A stretch of DNA of 64,000 nucleotides from a virus (taxonomy: Duplodnaviria > Heunggongvirae > Uroviricota > Caudoviricetes): positions 50,821-114,820 of IMG/VR virus record IMGVR_UViG_3300029543_000174. The stretch is one strand, 5' to 3'. The translations under genes were made by a program, and so were the position numbers. Below the pieces are notes generated by a model. The model had not been told where the DNA came from, ran no database searches, and saw nothing but the letters and a program-made list of their open reading frames with translations. This document shows positions 40,109 to 49,594 of this stretch, piece by piece; the stretch's first letter is position 1, and each line of letters starts with the position of its first letter.

Positions 40109-42907
40109 TTGAAAAAAATATTATCAATTGTACTTGCAATAGCAGTAATGCTTAGCACTGTTGTTATAAGCAGAACTGCATTTGCGGAAGAAAGTACAGA
40201 AAAAATCTACACTATGGTGTCAGGTAGACTAAATATTAAAACCGGAGTCGAAACAATACCTTCAAATTTTTTGGATAAAGACGATGTTAATAATGTTATA
40301 AGTATTACAATGCCTGATACTGTTACCAATATTGGTTCAAGAGCCTTTAAAAACTGTGCTAATTTGTCTTATGTTAAATTATCAAAAAACATTACGCAAA
40401 TTAATGACAGTACGTTTTATGGATGCTCACGATTAACAGACATTACAATTCCGGCAAAAGTAGAATGTATTGATAAATATGCATTTTATGGTTGCACCAA
40501 TTTATCAAATATGAATTTTGAATCAAATACAACACTAACACAAATTTTATCATACGCATTTTATAATTGTATCTCTTTATCTAACTTTAGTATACCTGAT
40601 TCGGTTACAACATTGGGTACATATGCTTTTTATAACTGCTCTTCGCTTACTAATATAACGATTCCTAACAGTGTAAGCGTAGTGCCGGAAAAATGTTTTT
40701 ACGGTTGTATTAACGCAACTGATTTAAAATTGTCAAAAACATTAACAGAAATAGGTAATAATGCATTTGAAAATTGTAAAACAATTAAAAGTATAAATAT
40801 GCCTAATACTGTTGAAAAAGTAGGTGTGGCCGCATTTAACGGATGTAAGAATGTTAGAAATATTCATATTTCAACGAATCTTGGAAGTTTATCTAAGTCA
40901 GTATTTAAAAGTTGTTCAAGTCTAACTTCGTTAACAATTCCAAATAATATTTACGTAATTAACAGCAATGCATTTACTGATTGCAAATCACTCTTAAATA
41001 TTATCGTTCCGGAAAATGTTTATATACTTGACAATGAAGCTTTTAAAGGATGTACAAATCTTAAAACTTGCCAGTTGCCAACGAAACTCACTTCGATACC
41101 GTCAGGATTATTTAGCGGTTGTACTTCACTTGAAGCTATAACAATTCCTAAAACTGTTAAGTCAATTTCGGCATCAGCATTTTATAATTGTCAATCACTT
41201 AAAAATATTGATATTCCTGATACCGTTAAAACAATCGGTTCAAGTGCATTTTCAGGTTGCAAAAATATTGAAACATTAAAATTATCAAATAATTGTGAGA
41301 CAATAGGTGCAAATGCTTTTTACAATTGTTCAAAAATTCAAAATGTTGAATTGCCTGAGACTGTTAATACAATCGGCGAAAGTGCATTTGCTTATTGCTC
41401 TTCACTTTCTGATGTTACTGTAAAATCAAACCTTGATGCTATAGGTAATAACGCATTTAGCAAAATTAATCGAAATTGTGTATTTCATTGTTATTCAAAC
41501 GGATATTCGTTTAATTATTTCAAATCTCTTGGCTATAACGTTGAATGTATAAATCATGACAAAGGCTCATATCAAGTTATAAAGGCGACTCCAAATACAA
41601 ATGGCTCTTATGGTATTAGATGTAATGCTTGTGGTGCCGTTCTTGAAGATAATAAAGTGATTTTAAGACCTTCATCAATTCATCTATCAACCAATTCTAC
41701 ACCGTATACAGGTAATGAGATAAAACCTGATGTAATTGTATATGATGCAAAAGGTAATGCTATCAGTAAATCTAATTATGAAGTTGTTTACAATAATAAT
41801 GTTCATCCCGGTAATGCAACAGTAACAGTTAATTTTAAGGGAAAATATTATGAGGGTTCAATGACCTCTGAATTTACAATTAGAACAACTGCAAATATTA
41901 ATAATCCAATTTATGATTGGGATAATGCTACAGTAGTTGATTTTTCAAAATCAAAAACATACAAATATACAATTACAAATGATAATTCACTTTCTTATTT
42001 TAAAATTAATTCAGCAGATGCAGGATATTATGAAGTAAGAATATCAGGATATTATCCGGCAACTCCGGATTACAGTTGCTCTATGTTTATTAATAATACT
42101 CCTTTTGCAAACAATGCATCATATATTACAAACAACGGAATTATAAATGTAAATTCAGCTAATTCAAACGGTGTACTTAAAAGTATTATGCGGTTAGAGC
42201 AGGGAAACAACTATGGTGTAATTAATGTTCAATATGCTGCTAACCAAAATGCAGGGAAAACTATAACAGTTTCATTTACAAAACATACTTCACATTCAAC
42301 AGTTGAAAATATAATACCGGCAAGTACAAGCACTAACGGTGCAATAGTTAAAAAGTGTAAGGTATGTGGTGAAACAATATCGACTACCGTAATACCCCGA
42401 ATAAGAAATGTTTCTTTAACTAAAACGAAATTTGTATATAACGGTAATTCAAGAACACCATATGTAACTGTTTATAATACAAACGGTAATAAAATTTCAT
42501 CAGGTTACTATGATGTTACATATAAAAATAATAAAAATGTGGGTAAAGGTACAGTAATTATCACTTTAAAAGGTAATTATTCCGGTACTATTACAAAAAC
42601 ATTTAAAATTGTACCAGCAAGCATCAATATTTCAAGACTTTCGGTCAAAGGAAAGACAGTTACCGTTAAATGGAAAAAGCAGAAAAAACAAATCACAGGC
42701 TATCAAATTAGGTATTCAACTAAATCTAATATGAAGTCTTCAAAAACAATTACAATATCTAAAAAATCTACGTCTTCTAAAAAAATTTCTAAATTAAAAA
42801 AGAAAAAGAAATACTATATCCAAATAAGAACATACAAAAAGGTTGGTAAAACTAAGTATTATTCTAATTGGTCTAAAAAAGGCGTAGCTAAAATCGGTAA
42901 AAAATAA
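40109..42907 (+). CDS. BspA-type leucine-rich-repeat surface protein with Ig/Fn3-like C-terminal modules (932 aa)
   Basis: Signal peptide. More than 15 repeats of about 23 aa of the form IP.SV..IG..AF..C..L..I. (LRR_5-like). Lys-rich Fn3-like tail. Confidence 0.7.
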   Translation: MKKILSIVLAIAVMLSTVVISRTAFAEESTEKIYTMVSGRLNIKTGVETIPSNFLDKDDVNNVISITMPDTVTNIGSRAFKNCANLSYVKLSKNITQINDSTFYGCSRLTDITIPAKVECIDKYAFYGCTNLSNMNFESNTTLTQILSYAFYNCISLSNFSIPDSVTTLGTYAFYNCSSLTNITIPNSVSVVPEKCFYGCINATDLKLSKTLTEIGNNAFENCKTIKSINMPNTVEKVGVAAFNGCKNVRNIHISTNLGSLSKSVFKSCSSLTSLTIPNNIYVINSNAFTDCKSLLNIIVPENVYILDNEAFKGCTNLKTCQLPTKLTSIPSGLFSGCTSLEAITIPKTVKSISASAFYNCQSLKNIDIPDTVKTIGSSAFSGCKNIETLKLSNNCETIGANAFYNCSKIQNVELPETVNTIGESAFAYCSSLSDVTVKSNLDAIGNNAFSKINRNCVFHCYSNGYSFNYFKSLGYNVECINHDKGSYQVIKATPNTNGSYGIRCNACGAVLEDNKVILRPSSIHLSTNSTPYTGNEIKPDVIVYDAKGNAISKSNYEVVYNNNVHPGNATVTVNFKGKYYEGSMTSEFTIRTTANINNPIYDWDNATVVDFSKSKTYKYTITNDNSLSYFKINSADAGYYEVRISGYYPATPDYSCSMFINNTPFANNASYITNNGIINVNSANSNGVLKSIMRLEQGNNYGVINVQYAANQNAGKTITVSFTKHTSHSTVENIIPASTSTNGAIVKKCKVCGETISTTVIPRIRNVSLTKTKFVYNGNSRTPYVTVYNTNGNKISSGYYDVTYKNNKNVGKGTVIITLKGNYSGTITKTFKIVPASINISRLSVKGKTVTVKWKKQKKQITGYQIRYSTKSNMKSSKTITISKKSTSSKKISKLKKKKKYYIQIRTYKKVGKTKYYSNWSKKGVAKIGKK

Positions 42908-42957
42908 CCAGTTCGTCCTCCGGATTGCTTCGGCACCGGGGGCTTTTTATTAACATT

Positions 42958-43015
42958 TTGCGAATTTTGGCAAAAACAGCAAATTTTTTTGAAATATTCG
43001 CGATTAATAATATAG
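42958..43015 (+). promoter_or_regulatory. copy of recurrent promoter-like motif
   Basis: TTGCGA-N17-AAATTTTTTTGAAATATTCGCGATTAATAATATAG. Confidence 0.5.
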
Positions 43016-43060
43016 AACGACTGAAAAAAGTCTGATTTTTAATATGAAGGGTGGAATTAA

Positions 43061-44398
43061 GTGGACTACAAAATCGCAAAACCGGTAAGACTAATTGAGC
43101 TTTTTGCAGGTATTGGAAGTCAAGCTAAGGCTCTTGAATTACTTGGCGTTGATTTTGAACATTGGAAAGTTTGTGAATTTGATGATTATGCTATGAAAAG
43201 CTATAACGCAGTTCATAATACAAATTTTAAAACATCAGATATTCAAAATCTTACCGCATCCGACTTGGAAATAAAAGATAAAGATAAATATGAATATATA
43301 ATGACTTATTCATATCCCTGTACTGATATTTCCATTGCAGGTAAGAGGGAAGGCATGGAAAGAAACAGCGGTACTCGTTCAAGTCTATTATGGGAAGTCG
43401 AAAGACTTTTGAAAGAATGTGGCAATAACAAACCTCAAATTCTATTGATGGAGAATGTAAGAGAATGCCATAACGGAAAAAATGCTCCATTGTTTTTTGA
43501 ATGGACTTCCTTTCTTCGCTCTATAGGATACAAAAATTTTTACACAGATATGGATGCTAAAAATTATGGTATTCCACAAACAAGAAAAAGATGTTTTATG
43601 TTATCTATTCTTGATGAAAATGCTTATTATGAATTTCCACAAGCTTGTGGTTTAAACTATTCAGTAAAAGAATTTCTCGAAGATAAAGTTGATAAAAAAT
43701 ACTATGTAAAAGAAGAAACGGCATTACCACTTATAAAAAAGATGGAAAAAGAGTGCCCCAGTGCAACTATCATTGATGATACATACGGTTTTGATAACAG
43801 TGAGGTAAGATATTTTCCTGATGTTTGCCCGACACTTAGAGCTGCAAAGGCTAACTTAAAATGTATTGTTGCTATGAGAGGAAGAAATTCTGATAGCCTA
43901 AATCAAACACCCGGCACTTCTACTGAACAACGGCTTGAAAAAAATAAAACCAATTGCAGTAACGCAATTACAACCGTACCTAAAGATAATCTTGTGCTTG
44001 TTTATGATGATTATAACGGTCACATAAGAGATGGCCAAGATACAATTGGTACGATAACAACAAATATTGGTAATCAAGCACTCAGAAACGCTACAAAACT
44101 TATCGTAAACAAACGATTAAGGACTCTTACACCAAAAGAAGTATGGAGATTGTTCGGTTTTGAGGATAAAGACGTAGAAAATGCATCTGAATTTGTTCCT
44201 GATACACAATTATATAAGCAGGGAGGTAATTGTATTGTTGTCAATTGTCTTGTTGCCATATTAGGACAGCTATTTAAAGGTAAAGAAAGCGTATATCGTG
44301 AAATTGCCAAAAAGCCTTTATTTGATGTTGATTCTCAGAGTCAACTGACTTTTTCAAATGATTCTGATGACATAAATTTATTTAATTTAACAGCTTAA
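43061..44398 (+). CDS. dcm: DNA (cytosine-5)-methyltransferase (orphan)
   Basis: Motif I LFAGIGSQ, motif IV SYPCTDIS, ENV, and QGGNCIVV near the C-terminus. GTG start with an AAGGGTGG RBS. Confidence 0.8.
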   Translation: MDYKIAKPVRLIELFAGIGSQAKALELLGVDFEHWKVCEFDDYAMKSYNAVHNTNFKTSDIQNLTASDLEIKDKDKYEYIMTYSYPCTDISIAGKREGMERNSGTRSSLLWEVERLLKECGNNKPQILLMENVRECHNGKNAPLFFEWTSFLRSIGYKNFYTDMDAKNYGIPQTRKRCFMLSILDENAYYEFPQACGLNYSVKEFLEDKVDKKYYVKEETALPLIKKMEKECPSATIIDDTYGFDNSEVRYFPDVCPTLRAAKANLKCIVAMRGRNSDSLNQTPGTSTEQRLEKNKTNCSNAITTVPKDNLVLVYDDYNGHIRDGQDTIGTITTNIGNQALRNATKLIVNKRLRTLTPKEVWRLFGFEDKDVENASEFVPDTQLYKQGGNCIVVNCLVAILGQLFKGKESVYREIAKKPLFDVDSQSQLTFSNDSDDINLFNLTA

Positions 44399-44419
44399 CA
44401 AGAAAGGAGGAAAAACATA

Positions 44420-44860
44420 ATGGATGTTGAAAAAAATGCTCAAATTAACAGCCAAAACAGCGTAAATAACGAAAATCAAGGTAACGTTTACTATTCACCA
44501 CCTCAACAAAATAGTGGTATGAATAATGCTCAATATGTCGAAGTAAAAGGAAGTGCTGTTAATAACAACTCACAAAGCACATGTTCTGTTTCGGACAATG
44601 AAAATACATCTAATGACGGCTTGTCAATCACTTCATTGGTATGTGGTATTCTATCGCTCTTTTTTGTACTTTTAGCAGTACCCGGTCTTATTACAGGTTA
44701 CTTATATAAGAATAAGCCAATTACTTCTACTCAAGGAAGAAAATATGCAAAAGCAGGAATTATTTGCAGTTGGATTTCTTTTGGAATCTATATTCTATTA
44801 TATATTTTGTTGCTAATATGCTTTCTTTTTCCATTGTTCCATGATGAGGTGATATTTTGA
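44420..44860 (+). CDS. membrane protein (paralog of 39662..39997)
   Basis: Gln/Asn-rich N-terminus followed by TM segments. Confidence 0.45.
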   Translation: MDVEKNAQINSQNSVNNENQGNVYYSPPQQNSGMNNAQYVEVKGSAVNNNSQSTCSVSDNENTSNDGLSITSLVCGILSLFFVLLAVPGLITGYLYKNKPITSTQGRKYAKAGIICSWISFGIYILLYILLLICFLFPLFHDEVIF

Positions 44861-45186
44861 CTGAACTCGAAAAAAATAATTTAGATATTGCAGTAGACAA
44901 TATTATCAGTTTGTGCGACAAAGAAAGATGGAATTATTTCTTTTTTGGTTACACGTTTTTTGTGTTTACACCATTCTCCGGTTGGAAGTTTGACCTTGAT
45001 GCAAACAAAATTGAGCTTTACCATAAAAATTCTCGTATTGAGCCGAATGCTGAAAAGCATAAACAAGAATATCATAACCAAAATAAATCTTTTTCCATTA
45101 ATGATTTAGATGATATGTTCAGCTATATCAAAAATCATGATAATGTCTATTTACATAAGAAAAAAAGAGGTTTTGGTGCAATATGA
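44857..45186 (+). CDS. hypothetical protein
   Basis: TTG-coupled start. Confidence 0.35.
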   Translation: MTELEKNNLDIAVDNIISLCDKERWNYFFFGYTFFVFTPFSGWKFDLDANKIELYHKNSRIEPNAEKHKQEYHNQNKSFSINDLDDMFSYIKNHDNVYLHKKKRGFGAI

Positions 45187-45974
45187 AAAGCAAAAAGTTT
45201 AAAATTGCAATTGTGATACTCATTATATCTATATTAATAGGTATAGTAAGCGGAAGTTATTTGGTATACAAACATAATCGGTTAAATGATTACAACACAA
45301 CAATTTCTCAAATTAAGGATAAAACTACTGACGAAGATAAAAAGTCTATTTCAAAGAAAAAACTGAATTTTAAATCTTTAAAGAAAATTAATTCTGATGT
45401 AAAAGGATGGCTTTCAATTCCTAATACATATATTGATACACCGGTTACACAAACTAAAAACAATACATTTTATCTTAAACATAATTTTTATAAAAATTAT
45501 AGTTTTTACGGAAATGCATTTCTTGACTACCAATGTAATGATAAATCTCATTTGAAAATCATTTACGGCCATAATATGAGAGATAATGCACAATTTGGAA
45601 CTTTACATGATTTATACAAAAATCCTAATAAAGCAAAAAGTAATTCTATGATTACTTATGAAACTTCATCCGGAAAATCAGAATGGATTGTTGTCGGTGC
45701 TTATTATACAAACGGCACTGAGTTTGCACAAACCAGTGAACAATTACGTAATGCTCTTGATAGCAATAGTGTTAATTCTATTGAAAACAAAACGAAACAA
45801 CTTGATAAGCTTAAAAATAAATTTATTTATACTTCAGATGTTATATTTGATGAATATGACAACTATATGGAGCTATACACTTGCTCTTATCAGGTTAAAG
45901 GTCAGCGCTTTGTCGTTGTTGCAAGAGAAAAACGTGAAAATGAACTTATAACAAACATTGATTACAAAAAATAA
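45183..45974 (+). CDS. sortase-like transpeptidase
   Basis: N-terminal TM. IIYGHNM (His motif), ELYTCSY (TLxTC-like Cys motif) and a following RFVVVAR (Arg). Confidence 0.45.
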   Translation: MKSKKFKIAIVILIISILIGIVSGSYLVYKHNRLNDYNTTISQIKDKTTDEDKKSISKKKLNFKSLKKINSDVKGWLSIPNTYIDTPVTQTKNNTFYLKHNFYKNYSFYGNAFLDYQCNDKSHLKIIYGHNMRDNAQFGTLHDLYKNPNKAKSNSMITYETSSGKSEWIVVGAYYTNGTEFAQTSEQLRNALDSNSVNSIENKTKQLDKLKNKFIYTSDVIFDEYDNYMELYTCSYQVKGQRFVVVAREKRENELITNIDYKK

Positions 45975-45987
45975 GGAGATTGTTACT

Positions 45988-46152
45988 ATGGAAAAAAATG
46001 AAATTATTGAACAAATCGAAAAAATGTCGGATAAACAAAAGGCTAAGGTTTTAAGTATAGTTTTGGATGAATATCAACATTCAAACTCTAATGATGATTT
46101 TGGTCAAAAAGCTGCTGCCGCATTTGAATCGGCTGTAAGATGGTTACTCTAA
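45988..46152 (+). CDS. small hypothetical protein
   Basis: ATG with an AAGGAGA RBS. Confidence 0.35.
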   Translation: MEKNEIIEQIEKMSDKQKAKVLSIVLDEYQHSNSNDDFGQKAAAAFESAVRWLL

Positions 46153-46221
46153 TATAGCTTTGAGGGCAGTAATTTATATTACTGCCTTTTTTATTGTTTT
46201 TTTCTTCATTCTGCGAACTTT

Positions 46222-46277
46222 TTGCGAATATTGACGATTTTTTCAAATTTTTCTGAAATATTTGCGATTATATAATG
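46222..46277 (+). promoter_or_regulatory. copy of recurrent promoter-like motif
   Basis: TTGCGA-N17-AAATTTTTCTGAAATATTTGCGATTATATAATG. Confidence 0.5.
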
Positions 46278-46293
46278 TAAGGAGAAAAAAGCA

Positions 46294-46479
46294 ATGGGAT
46301 CAAGCTTTAATAAGTTCAAAATTGTTGATAAAGAAACAACAATAGTTTACACACAAGATGTAAATGGAAACATCAATGGTAAATTCTATATTGATACTGA
46401 AGATTTGTCAAAAGTCCTTATGGGGTTATTGCCAAGGTTGTGCTCCTCCAAACTGCCTGAAATTGTTAATGTTTTGTAA
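46294..46479 (+). CDS. small hypothetical protein
   Basis: AAGGAGAAAAAA RBS. Confidence 0.35.
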   Translation: MGSSFNKFKIVDKETTIVYTQDVNGNINGKFYIDTEDLSKVLMGLLPRLCSSKLPEIVNVL

Positions 46480-46530
46480 ACACTGAGAAAAATCACAAAT
46501 TTTTTTGAAATATTCGCGATTTATATAATG
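46474..46530 (+). promoter_or_regulatory. copy of recurrent promoter-like motif (upstream of TnpB-like gene)
   Basis: TTGTAA-N17-AAATTTTTTTGAAATATTCGCGATTTATATAATG. Confidence 0.5.
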
Positions 46531-46556
46531 TAAGGCGGTAAAAAGGAGGAATTACT

Positions 46557-48353
46557 GTGCCGGAAAAAGAAAAAAAGAATCAATATATTTTATCAATGGG
46601 CTTAGAAATTAATGCTGATGATAAAATTTATCTTGATAAGTATTTTGAATTTGTAAGAAAAATGCAAAATTATTTTATTTCTTATCAGCTAAAAAAATAT
46701 AACAAAATGGTAAGAGAAACAAATTATCAAGAATTAAAAATTCAAATTGATAATATTGATAAAGCTATTTCTAATTTCAACAGACAAATTATAAACCGTC
46801 AAAAAGTTATTGATGAAGGTGAAATATCTAAATGTGAAATCACTTCATACAAGAATGAAATTGCAGAATTGAAAAAAGATATTTCTTCTTTGAAAAAAGA
46901 AAAATCAAAATATCAAAAGCAAATTTATGAACTTTTGAAAGAATACAGGTTTAGTGATTTAAGTTTTAAATCCGATGTAGCTATATTTGACAAAATTGAT
47001 TATTTCACAAAACCTTGTTACAAAACAAAGAATGGTAAGCTTGCAAGAGATAAAAATGGTAACAAAATTCCTATTCTCGATGAAAACGGAAATGTAAAAA
47101 GAAAATGTTTTGTCTCTTCATTAGTGAGAAAATATTCTATTGCTGCACCGATTTGGTCAGCATTTGATAAAAAGTTCAAGGAAAACGGTGCAGTCCATTT
47201 TAAAAGCTTTTTAAATAAAAAATCAGTCAGCTCTATTGCATTCCCAGTTGGTAATTCTTTCAAAGGTAACAATGCTTTTGTTATTCCTTCTGTAGGCAAA
47301 ATAATTAAATATAAAATACCAAGAACCCAATACGAAAAGGAAGTATTTAACAAAGAAAATGTTAATGTTATCCGAATTAAAAGGATTTGGAAGAATACAA
47401 AATACAGCTATTCGGTTCAGTTTACTATAACAGGTGAACCTGTGTTAAGGAAAGACAAAGATAATTGTGTCAAACATCCACTTGGCACTGGTGTAGCAGG
47501 TGTAGGTATAAGTTTAAATGAATGTTGGATTTGCACTGAGAACACATTAAAAAGAGTTTCTTTAGTTCCACCTGATGCTTATGAGTTTGATAATGAAATA
47601 AAACAAATTGAAAGAGCAATGGATAGAAGTAAGCGTGCTACTAATCCAAATAATTTTGATGAAAAGGGTAGGGCAAAGAGCTTTTACGAAACGCCTGACC
47701 CTGATAACCCAGACAAAATCATCAAGTCAAAGCTCCGTTGGAGATTTTCAAAGCATTACAGAAAACTAAGTCAAAGAAAAGCTTATTTGGAAGGTATTAA
47801 TGCCAGAAAGCGTAAGCTTTATGACGAAAACCTTGTGAATGAATTATTGCTGTATTTCAATGAAATCAATATTCAAAAGAATGATTTCAAGAGAACTCAA
47901 ATGAGTAAACAAAAAGTCGGTGACAGCGCCGATGAAAAGAAAAAGGCTGGTTTACATATTAAAGAAGCATCACCTTCACAGTTCGTTGAAATTCTTAAAA
48001 GAAAAGTCATCAGCCACGGTGGTAAAGTAAATATCATTACTAAAAAGGAATGTCAAGCAACAGAATTCAATCATATAGACGGTAAGTTCTATGATATGCC
48101 TGTTTCTAACAGGTGGTTTGGTATGAGTGATGGTAATGTTCTTCAAAGAGATGCTCATACGGCTTTTAATCTATTGACACTTAATGATATAGAAAAAAGC
48201 AACAAACTTTATGATGACTTTTTAAAACAACATTCTGCCGAACTTGAAAAGTTTAATGTTGTTGCACCTGAACAGGTAAATATGGTTACTTGCAGTCAGG
48301 CAAAAGAAAAAAGAAAGTCAGCAAGAAAAACAAAAAAGAAAAATATTGCATGA
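46557..48353 (+). CDS. TnpB/Cas12-like RuvC-fold protein (598 aa), RuvC-I Asp apparently replaced by Ser
   Basis: GTG start with an AAGGAGG RBS. Region GTGVAGVGISLNE aligns with the TnpB RuvC-I block (ref. vGIDLG) with S in the D position. KLRWRFSKHYRKLSQRKAYL...LLLYFNEINIQKNDF aligns with the RuvC-II block (ref. vvvEdLnvkgm). SQFVEILKRKVISHGGKVNIITKKECQATEF aligns with the TnpB block FxxLxYKAxxxGxxVxxV with a degenerate zinc finger. QRDAHTAFNLL aligns with RuvC-III (ref. DRDxNAAxNIL). Confidence 0.55.
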   Translation: MPEKEKKNQYILSMGLEINADDKIYLDKYFEFVRKMQNYFISYQLKKYNKMVRETNYQELKIQIDNIDKAISNFNRQIINRQKVIDEGEISKCEITSYKNEIAELKKDISSLKKEKSKYQKQIYELLKEYRFSDLSFKSDVAIFDKIDYFTKPCYKTKNGKLARDKNGNKIPILDENGNVKRKCFVSSLVRKYSIAAPIWSAFDKKFKENGAVHFKSFLNKKSVSSIAFPVGNSFKGNNAFVIPSVGKIIKYKIPRTQYEKEVFNKENVNVIRIKRIWKNTKYSYSVQFTITGEPVLRKDKDNCVKHPLGTGVAGVGISLNECWICTENTLKRVSLVPPDAYEFDNEIKQIERAMDRSKRATNPNNFDEKGRAKSFYETPDPDNPDKIIKSKLRWRFSKHYRKLSQRKAYLEGINARKRKLYDENLVNELLLYFNEINIQKNDFKRTQMSKQKVGDSADEKKKAGLHIKEASPSQFVEILKRKVISHGGKVNIITKKECQATEFNHIDGKFYDMPVSNRWFGMSDGNVLQRDAHTAFNLLTLNDIEKSNKLYDDFLKQHSAELEKFNVVAPEQVNMVTCSQAKEKRKSARKTKKKNIA

Positions 48354-48365
48354 CAGCAATGTTGA

Positions 48366-48516
48366 TATAGGTAGACTTAGCTACCTAAAACTACCGGTAA
48401 ACGCATTTTTGTGTTTGGTAGTAATGAAATAATTAAGGTTAAGCAGTTAGTTGGTTTGCGTTTGTCAGAACTTAATAGAGCTGTTTGACAAGATTATACA
48501 GTGTAATTAATTTGAG
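48366..48516 (+). other. conserved array leader, copy 1 (about 150 bp; contains TTGACA-N17-TAATTT)
   Basis: About 90% identical to 49690..49825 and 50502..50652. Confidence 0.5.
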
Positions 48517-48618
48517 GTTTTGGTACTGTAGTAGATTACACTACTCTAAAAGAAATATATTGGGAGTGTCTGAAAAATCCATGTTTTGGTACTGTAGTAA
48601 ATTACACTACTCTAATTA
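48517..48618 (+). CRISPR. CRISPR-like mini-array 1 (2 repeats of 36 nt, 1 spacer of 30 nt)
   Basis: Repeat GTTTTGGTACTGTAGTA(A/G)ATTACACTACTCTAAAAG. Spacer AAATATATTGGGAGTGTCTGAAAAATCCAT. The second repeat has a degenerate 3' end. A terminator hairpin follows at 48618-48638. Confidence 0.5.
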
Positions 48619-48638
48619 CACCATTTGGTGTGTTTTAT
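48618..48638 (+). terminator. hairpin ACACCATTTGGTGTG followed by TTTTAT
   Basis: Inverted repeat with a T-run after array 1. Confidence 0.5.
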
Positions 48639-48668
48639 ATAAAAAATAATTTAGGAGGAAAAAATATA

Positions 48669-48769
48669 TGTCATTCAATATGGTTATGGTTATTATTTGT
48701 GCTGTAATTCTTGTTGCTTGCATTATTGCTCTTATTGTAAGAGGCATTAAGAGTAAGCGCAATAAGTAA
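48669..48769 (+). CDS. small hydrophobic peptide (33 aa)
   Basis: GGAGGAAAAAA RBS. Sequence MSFNMVMVIICAVILVACIIALIVRGIKSKRNK. Similar in shape to the peptide at 52312. Confidence 0.3.
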
Positions 48770-48824
48770 TTAAGTACAAATACAGCATCCCCGGATACGC
48801 TGATTAAACATTATCCGGGAATGT

Positions 48825-48911
48825 GACAATGTAGTTTAACGGTAAAACACAAAAGTTGTTTTTTTGATCCTCCTTCGACTTTTGGATGTAAGTTCAAATC
48901 TTACCATTGCC
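48825..48911 (+). tRNA. atypical tRNA-like gene (possible anticodon UGU; 21-nt variable arm; one acceptor-stem mismatch)
   Basis: Canonical T arm (GTAAG-TTCAAAT-CTTAC) and D arm (GTTT-AACGGTA-AAAC) by eye. The anticodon loop is ambiguous because of a T7 run. Confidence 0.3.
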
Positions 48912-48921
48912 AATAAGATAT

Positions 48922-49007
48922 GCTGATGTGATGGAATGGCAGACAGAAGAGACTTAAAATCTCTTGGTGGAAACATCGTGTGAGTTCGACTCTCACCATC
49001 AGCACCA
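48922..49007 (+). tRNA. tRNA-Leu (UAA), type II with long variable arm, CCA encoded
   Basis: Acceptor GCTGATG/CATCAGC. Anticodon stem AGAGA/TCTCT with loop CTTAAAA. T arm GTGAG-TTCGACT-CTCAC. Confidence 0.7.
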
Positions 49008-49355
49008 CTGCAGGGCCCAAGTGAAAGGTCTAAGAAGTTTCACAACGGTATAAGATATTTCTTGGCTGGTTTTTGCCGTGTGCTGGAATGCACTGAATCA
49101 ATAACCTTACAGACAGTATCAAAAAAGTTAGGACTTTTTGTATTGGAAGGGTTGCTGACCTTTCCGTAGTTTTTCTAATGATTTAAAGGAAGTTAAGCAA
49201 AAGTGTACATATTACTTTACTGAATTTAATCACCGTATTAACACGCTGATAGACAGTATTTCTCCCACAATTCGGGAAGTAAAGAGATCTATTGGTTGAA
49301 AGTAAATGGATACGGCAGAACAGTGCACATCTGCCGTATCACGATTATTAAATAC

Positions 49356-49430
49356 GCAGATATGATGTAATCGGTAGCATACAACTCTTCCACAGTTGGT
49401 GTGCGAGTTCAAACCTCGTTATCTGCTCCA
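49356..49430 (+). tRNA. tRNA-Gly (UCC), CCA encoded
   Basis: Acceptor GCAGATA/TATCTGC. Anticodon stem CAACT/AGTTG with loop CTTCCAC. T arm GCGAG-TTCAAAC-CTCGT. Confidence 0.75.
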
Positions 49431-49436
49431 AAATAT

Positions 49437-49512
49437 TCTCCATTAGTTCAGAAGGTAGAACGGTAGACTGTTAATCTATATGTCATTGGTTCAAATCCAA
49501 TATGGAGAGCCA
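49437..49512 (+). tRNA. tRNA-Asn (GUU), CCA encoded
   Basis: Acceptor TCTCCAT/ATGGAGA. D arm GTTC-AGAAGGTA-GAAC. Anticodon loop CTGTTAA. T arm ATTGG-TTCAAAT-CCAAT. Confidence 0.8.
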
Positions 49513-49515
49513 AAC

Positions 49516-49591
49516 GGACCGTTAGCTTAGTAGGTAAAGCAACCGGCTCATAACCGGTAAACCATGGGTTCAAATCCTATACGGTCCACCA
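49516..49591 (+). tRNA. tRNA-Met (CAU) (elongator-type; Ile2/lysidine alternative not excluded)
   Basis: Acceptor GGACCGT/ACGGTCC with 1-72 paired. D arm GCTT-AGTAGGTA-AAGC. Anticodon stem ACCGG/CCGGT with loop CTCATAA. Confidence 0.8.
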
Positions 49592-49594
49592 TAT

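Noticed and set aside
48366-48516. Leader as a tracrRNA.
   Set aside because: Only a 9-nt segment (AGTGTAATT) is complementary to the repeat. That is too short to call an anti-repeat with confidence, so it is left as a leader.
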